A stretch of 63,920 nt of DNA, filler included, from Octopus bimaculoides (Eukaryota), in the NCBI RefSeq assembly GCF_001194135.2. It is 7 parts of 7 records of this genome, joined end to end, with 100 filler letters (N's around TTAATTAATTAA, not from the genome) between each part and the next. Parts side by side here need not be neighbours in the genome. Positions count along the whole stretch, not along the records: positions 59,537 to 60,708 come from NC_069006.1; positions 60,809 to 62,238 come from NC_068988.1; positions 62,339 to 63,920 come from NW_026298321.1; 4 more parts are not named here. One strand, 5' to 3'. Positions 60,010 to 63,920 of the stretch are shown here, piece after piece. The position numbers were made by a program, and so were the translations under genes. The notes beneath the pieces are model-generated. The model worked only from the letters and a program-made list of their open reading frames with translations. It had not been told where the DNA came from and searched no databases. Position 1 is the first letter of the stretch. Each line of letters starts with the position of its first letter.

Positions 60010-60045
60010 ACTAGTTGGCCCTGTGCCGTCAAAAATGACGGCTAA
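60010..60045 (-). mobile_element. Helitron-type 3' terminus (hairpin, 10 nt, CTAG|T)
   Basis: Minus strand GCCGTCA-TTTT-TGACGGC, a 10-nt spacer, then CTAG (60014-60011) followed by T. Confidence 0.6.
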
Positions 60046-60544
60046 CTAGTATTTTTGTACATAAATAAGGTCCAAAACCAAGTTTTTCATTTAATAATTC
60101 TTTTATTACCAATTTTTTTTGTGAAAAATTTCTCCGTAACTAACATCTCGTGACTGCTTGTTTCCTTCAAAAGAATGTTTAAGTTCTCCTTCTTGTAGGA
60201 CTTAAGGCCACATAAAGCTGGTCGCGACTAAATACGGAATAGAATGTGGATAGCAAACCAAATTAATTCATTTGTCAATGTTATCTGGTAGTTGTCTTTT
60301 GAGATGTGACATCGATCATCGTTTGTTACTAAAAGAACGCTCATTCACACACACGACCATGCACATACTTCCCTTGTACACGCACACACACACATATACT
60401 CACACAGTGTTGAAACGCTGTTTGATTTTTCTTTACAGTGTTGAACGCTGACCATCCCGTTTCTATTGCACACACACACACACACACACACACATTCACA
60501 TACGTCCCTTTTACATACACACACACGTATACTCACTCTGTATC

Positions 60545-60708
60545 AGGACAATTATCCACTATAAAGCAATTCCCCCGACGACAACTACCCCTAGGACAAT
60601 TACCCACCCCTAAATTAATTATCCCCTCTCTAATATATTAAGAAGTTTTAAATCTTTATCTGTTGTACTCAGAGGTAATTGTCCTTGGGGGCGGGGTTAT
60701 TGTCCATG
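60545..60708. mobile_element. MULE-like MITE end with GGACAATTACCC / GGTAATTGTCC inverted sub-repeats
   Basis: GGACAATTATCC, GACAACTACCCC and GGACAATTACCC on the left; GGTAATTGTCC and GGTTATTGTCC on the right. Confidence 0.5.
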
Positions 60709-60808
60709 NNNNNNNNNNNNNNNNNNNNNNNNNNNNNNNNNNNNNNNNNNNNTTAATTAATTAANNNNNNNNNNNNNNNNNNNNNNNNNNNNNNNNNNNN
60801 NNNNNNNN

Positions 60809-61190
60809 GGAGGCGCAATGGCCCAGTGGTTAGGGCAGCGGACTCGCGGTCACAGGATCGCGGTTTCGATTCCCAGACCGGGCGTTGTGAGTGTTTATTG
60901 AGCGAAAACACCAAAAGCTCCACGAGACTCTGGCAGGGGGCGGTGGTGAACCCTGCTGTACACTTTCACCACAACTTTCTCTCACTCTTACTTCTTGTTT
61001 CTGTTGTGCCTGCAATTCAAAGGGTCAGCGTTGTCACACTGTGTCACGCTGAATGTCCCCGAGAACTACGTTAAGGGTACACGTGTCTGTGGAGTGCTCA
61101 GCCACTTGCACGTTAATTTCACGAGCAGGCTGTTCCGTTGATTAGATCAACTGGAACCCTCGACATCGTAAGCGTCGGAGTGCCACTCTC
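60809..61190 (+). mobile_element. Full-length Deu/Nin-like tRNA SINE
   Basis: GGAGGCGCAATGGCCCAGTGGTTAGGGCAGCGGACTCGCGG...GGTTTCGATTCCC head; central GTGCTCAGCCACTTGCACGTTAATTTCACGAGC; tail GGAGTGCCACT. Confidence 0.85.
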
Positions 61191-61559
61191 TAACGCTACA
61201 CATGTATACATCTTGTCTTTGATGATTGAATACCCAGTGTACGGACACGCTAGCCTATCAATTTGAATATCTCAGAAAACGTTGTAAGACTTCAGATTCA
61301 CCTTACCCTAGATATTCTAAATGACTTAAGATACTTGTCCTGCCTTGGTATTTGTTGTCCTTTTTCTAATATAATATATACCTGCTGACTCGGACGCATA
61401 ATACGGATCCCTAGCTCCACCCTCAGCTGTGAACTTGGAACCTAACGGTTGAACACTTACTCAGCGTAACAATTCGTTTAGATCGCGAGTGAACTAAACC
61501 CCTCATATTCTATACATATATTCAAACACACAAACAGACACATGATATATATATTTATT

Positions 61560-61810
61560 TCTTTATTGCCCACAGGGCAATAGAGGGGACAAAGGGGACA
61601 AACATAGAGGGGACAAACATAAAGGGAACAAACAAGGACAGAGAAAGGGATTAAGTCGATTACATCGACCCCAGTGTGTAAGTGGTACCTATCTAATCGA
61701 CCTCGAAAGGATGAACGGCAAAGTCGACCTCGGCAGAATTTGAACTCAGAACGTAACGGCAAACGAAATAACATTATTTCGCCCGTCGTGCTAACGATTC
61801 TGCCAACATG
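61560..61810 (-). mobile_element. Second SINE family copy with (GGGGACAAACAT) sub-repeats
   Basis: AAGTCGATTACATCGACCCCAGTG...CAAAGTCGACCTCGGCAGAATTTGAACTCAGAACGTA. Confidence 0.8.
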
Positions 61811-62420
61811 TAAATGGATTCTAGCCAAGATTGGACACCAAACTATATCTATATGTTTGTATATATACATGTGTATTATATACAACATATAAGAGCATAT
61901 GTATGTGTTTTTTAGTGTGTGTGAGTGAATGTGTATTATTATGTACGGAGGCATGTATGTATGTATTGATTTATACACACACATATTTTCAAGTTGTTCC
62001 AGTCATAATACTGCAGACATGATGGTGGGGAACCTTCTAGAAGTTTTAATCGGATGAAAAAGACCCCGGACTAATTTTGTTAAAGCCTCATACTTATTCT
62101 ATCGGTGAACTTCTATATATATATATATATTTATATATAGTTAAAAATATATGTATACAAGTTTTGATACATATGCGTGTATATATATATATAATTGTTT
62201 TTTAAAGATTATTTTTAATATATATATATATATATATANNNNNNNNNNNNNNNNNNNNNNNNNNNNNNNNNNNNNNNNNNNNTTAATTAATTAANNNNNN
62301 NNNNNNNNNNNNNNNNNNNNNNNNNNNNNNNNNNNNNNCTGGTCAATACGGAGTCGGTAACGCAGTCAATCAAGGGTCGAAGGATGGAATTGTAGAAGTC
62401 AATGGTGACATCTGGGGGCT

Positions 62421-63851
62421 GCCCGTTTAAGCGAAACTGCGGCATTATGTGCGTCGCTGCTGCAATAAGTACGTACTTGCGGCTGTAATAACAAACCTGA
62501 ACACGTAAATACGAAACAGTGGCGACAAAATTAAGTTCCACAACANNNNNNNNNNNNNNNNNNNNNNNNNNNNNNNNNNNNNNNNNNNNNNNNNNNNNNN
62601 NNNNNNNNNNNNNNNNNNNNNNNNNNNNNNNNNNNNNNNNNNNNNNNNNNNNNNNNNNNNNNNNNNNNNNNNNNNNNNNNNNNNNNNNNNTTATGTGCGT
62701 CGCTGCTGCAATAAGTACGTACTTGCGGCTGTAATAACAAACCTGAACACGTAAATACGAAACAGTGGCGACAAAATTAAGTTCCACAACATAAAACTCT
62801 ACCCGCCGACGCAACAGCATGCCTAGCGCCTCAAAAACGTGCCCGAAGCCGCAAATACTTATTCCAAGCCGTAAATACCAGCCGATGCCGTTTATACGAA
62901 TCTGCGGCAGTATGTGTGTCGCTGCAGCTATAAGTACGTACTTGCGGCTGAAACAACAAATCTGAACACGTAAATACGAAACAGTGGCGACAAAATTAAG
63001 CTCCACAACGTTAATCTGTACCCGTCGACGCAACTGCGTGCTTACGTCGCAAAAACGTGCCCAAATCCGCGACTGCGTATTCTAAGCCGTAAATTCCAGC
63101 CGATGCCCGTTTATACGAAACTGCGGTATTATGTGCGTCGCTGCAGCTATAAGTACGTACTTGCGACTGAAACAAAAAATGTGAACAAGTAAATACAAAA
63201 CAATAGAGACAAAAATAAGCTCCACAACGTAAATCTGTACCCGCCGACGCAACAGCGTGCCTAGTGGCGCAAAAACGTGCCGAAATCCGCGACTACGTAT
63301 TCCAAGCCGTATATACCAGCTGATGCCCGTTTATACGAAACTGCGGCATTATGTGCGTCGCTGCTGCTATAAGTACGTACTTGCGACTGAAACAAAAAAT
63401 GTGAACAAGTAAGTACAAAACAATAGAGACAAAATTAATCTCGACAACGTAAATCGGTACCCGCCGACGCAAAAGCGAGTCTAGTTGCGCAAAAACGTGC
63501 CGAAAGCCGCGACTACGTATTCCAAGCCGTATATACCTGCCGATGCCCGTTTATACGAAACTGCGGCATTATGTGCGTCGCTGCTTCTATAAGTACGTAC
63601 TTGCGGCTGTAACAACAAACCTGAACACGTAAGTACGGAACAATGGCGATAAATATAAGCTCCACTACCTAAATCTGTATCCGCCGACGCAACAGCGTGC
63701 CTAGTGCCGCAAAAACGTACCCAAAGCTGCGACTACGTATTCCAAGCCATAAATACCAGCCGATGCCCGTTTATACAAAACTGCGGCAGTATGTGTGTCG
63801 CTGCAGCTATAAGTACGTACTTGCGGCAGAAACAGCAAACCTGAACACGTA
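62421..63851. repeat. CpG-rich tandem array, 219-220-bp unit, about 7 copies, each with the palindrome AAGTACGTACTT
   Basis: Palindrome starts at 62467, 62713, 62932, 63151, 63371, 63591 and 63811, giving gap-free spacings of 219, 219, 220, 220 and 220. Confidence 0.95.
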
Positions 63852-63920
63852 GCGTACGTTCGTACGTACATTCCTTCGTTAGTTCGTTCGTTCGTTCGAG
63901 CGGAATTCGAACGTACGTGC

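Noticed and set aside
62287-63033. 248-aa ORF made of 73-aa repeats
   Set aside because: It is open only across the 219-bp units; the neighbouring 220-bp units shift the frame, so the array is not under coding constraint.

Overview
Metazoan nuclear DNA, most consistent with an octopus (cephalopod) genome. It is AT-rich, saturated with di-, tri- and tetranucleotide microsatellites, dense in tRNA-derived SINEs and full of N-gaps. The species is inferred from repeat content, not proven. Six identical 100-nt spacers (44 N + TTAATTAATTAA + 44 N) show the window is at least 7 artificially joined sequence blocks, so adjacency across them is not biological. I found no intact host protein-coding gene, rRNA, true tRNA or CRISPR array. 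Most ORFs in the supplied track are artefacts of microsatellites or N-runs. Mobile elements present: many copies of 4 SINE types, a near full-length decayed RTE LINE with a tandemly reiterated 3' end, a CR1-group LINE fragment, an intact-looking Tx1/L1 endonuclease abutting (GATA)n, two different Penelope-like GIY-YIG elements, a Gypsy LTR/gag remnant, MULE and Chapaev3-like transposase remnants, a Helitron 3' end and a triple-C2H2 LINE tail. Features the ORF track hides: two heavily decayed, internally deleted copies of housekeeping genes (GAPVD1 at ~11.1-12.6 kb and ATM at ~32.3-33.7 kb, both minus strand), a locally triplicated unidentified exon-like module, several hammerhead-ribozyme-like relics and a CpG-rich 220-bp tandem array carrying a 12-bp palindrome. 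All protein identifications are by-eye comparisons with remembered human or consensus sequences and need confirmation by alignment.
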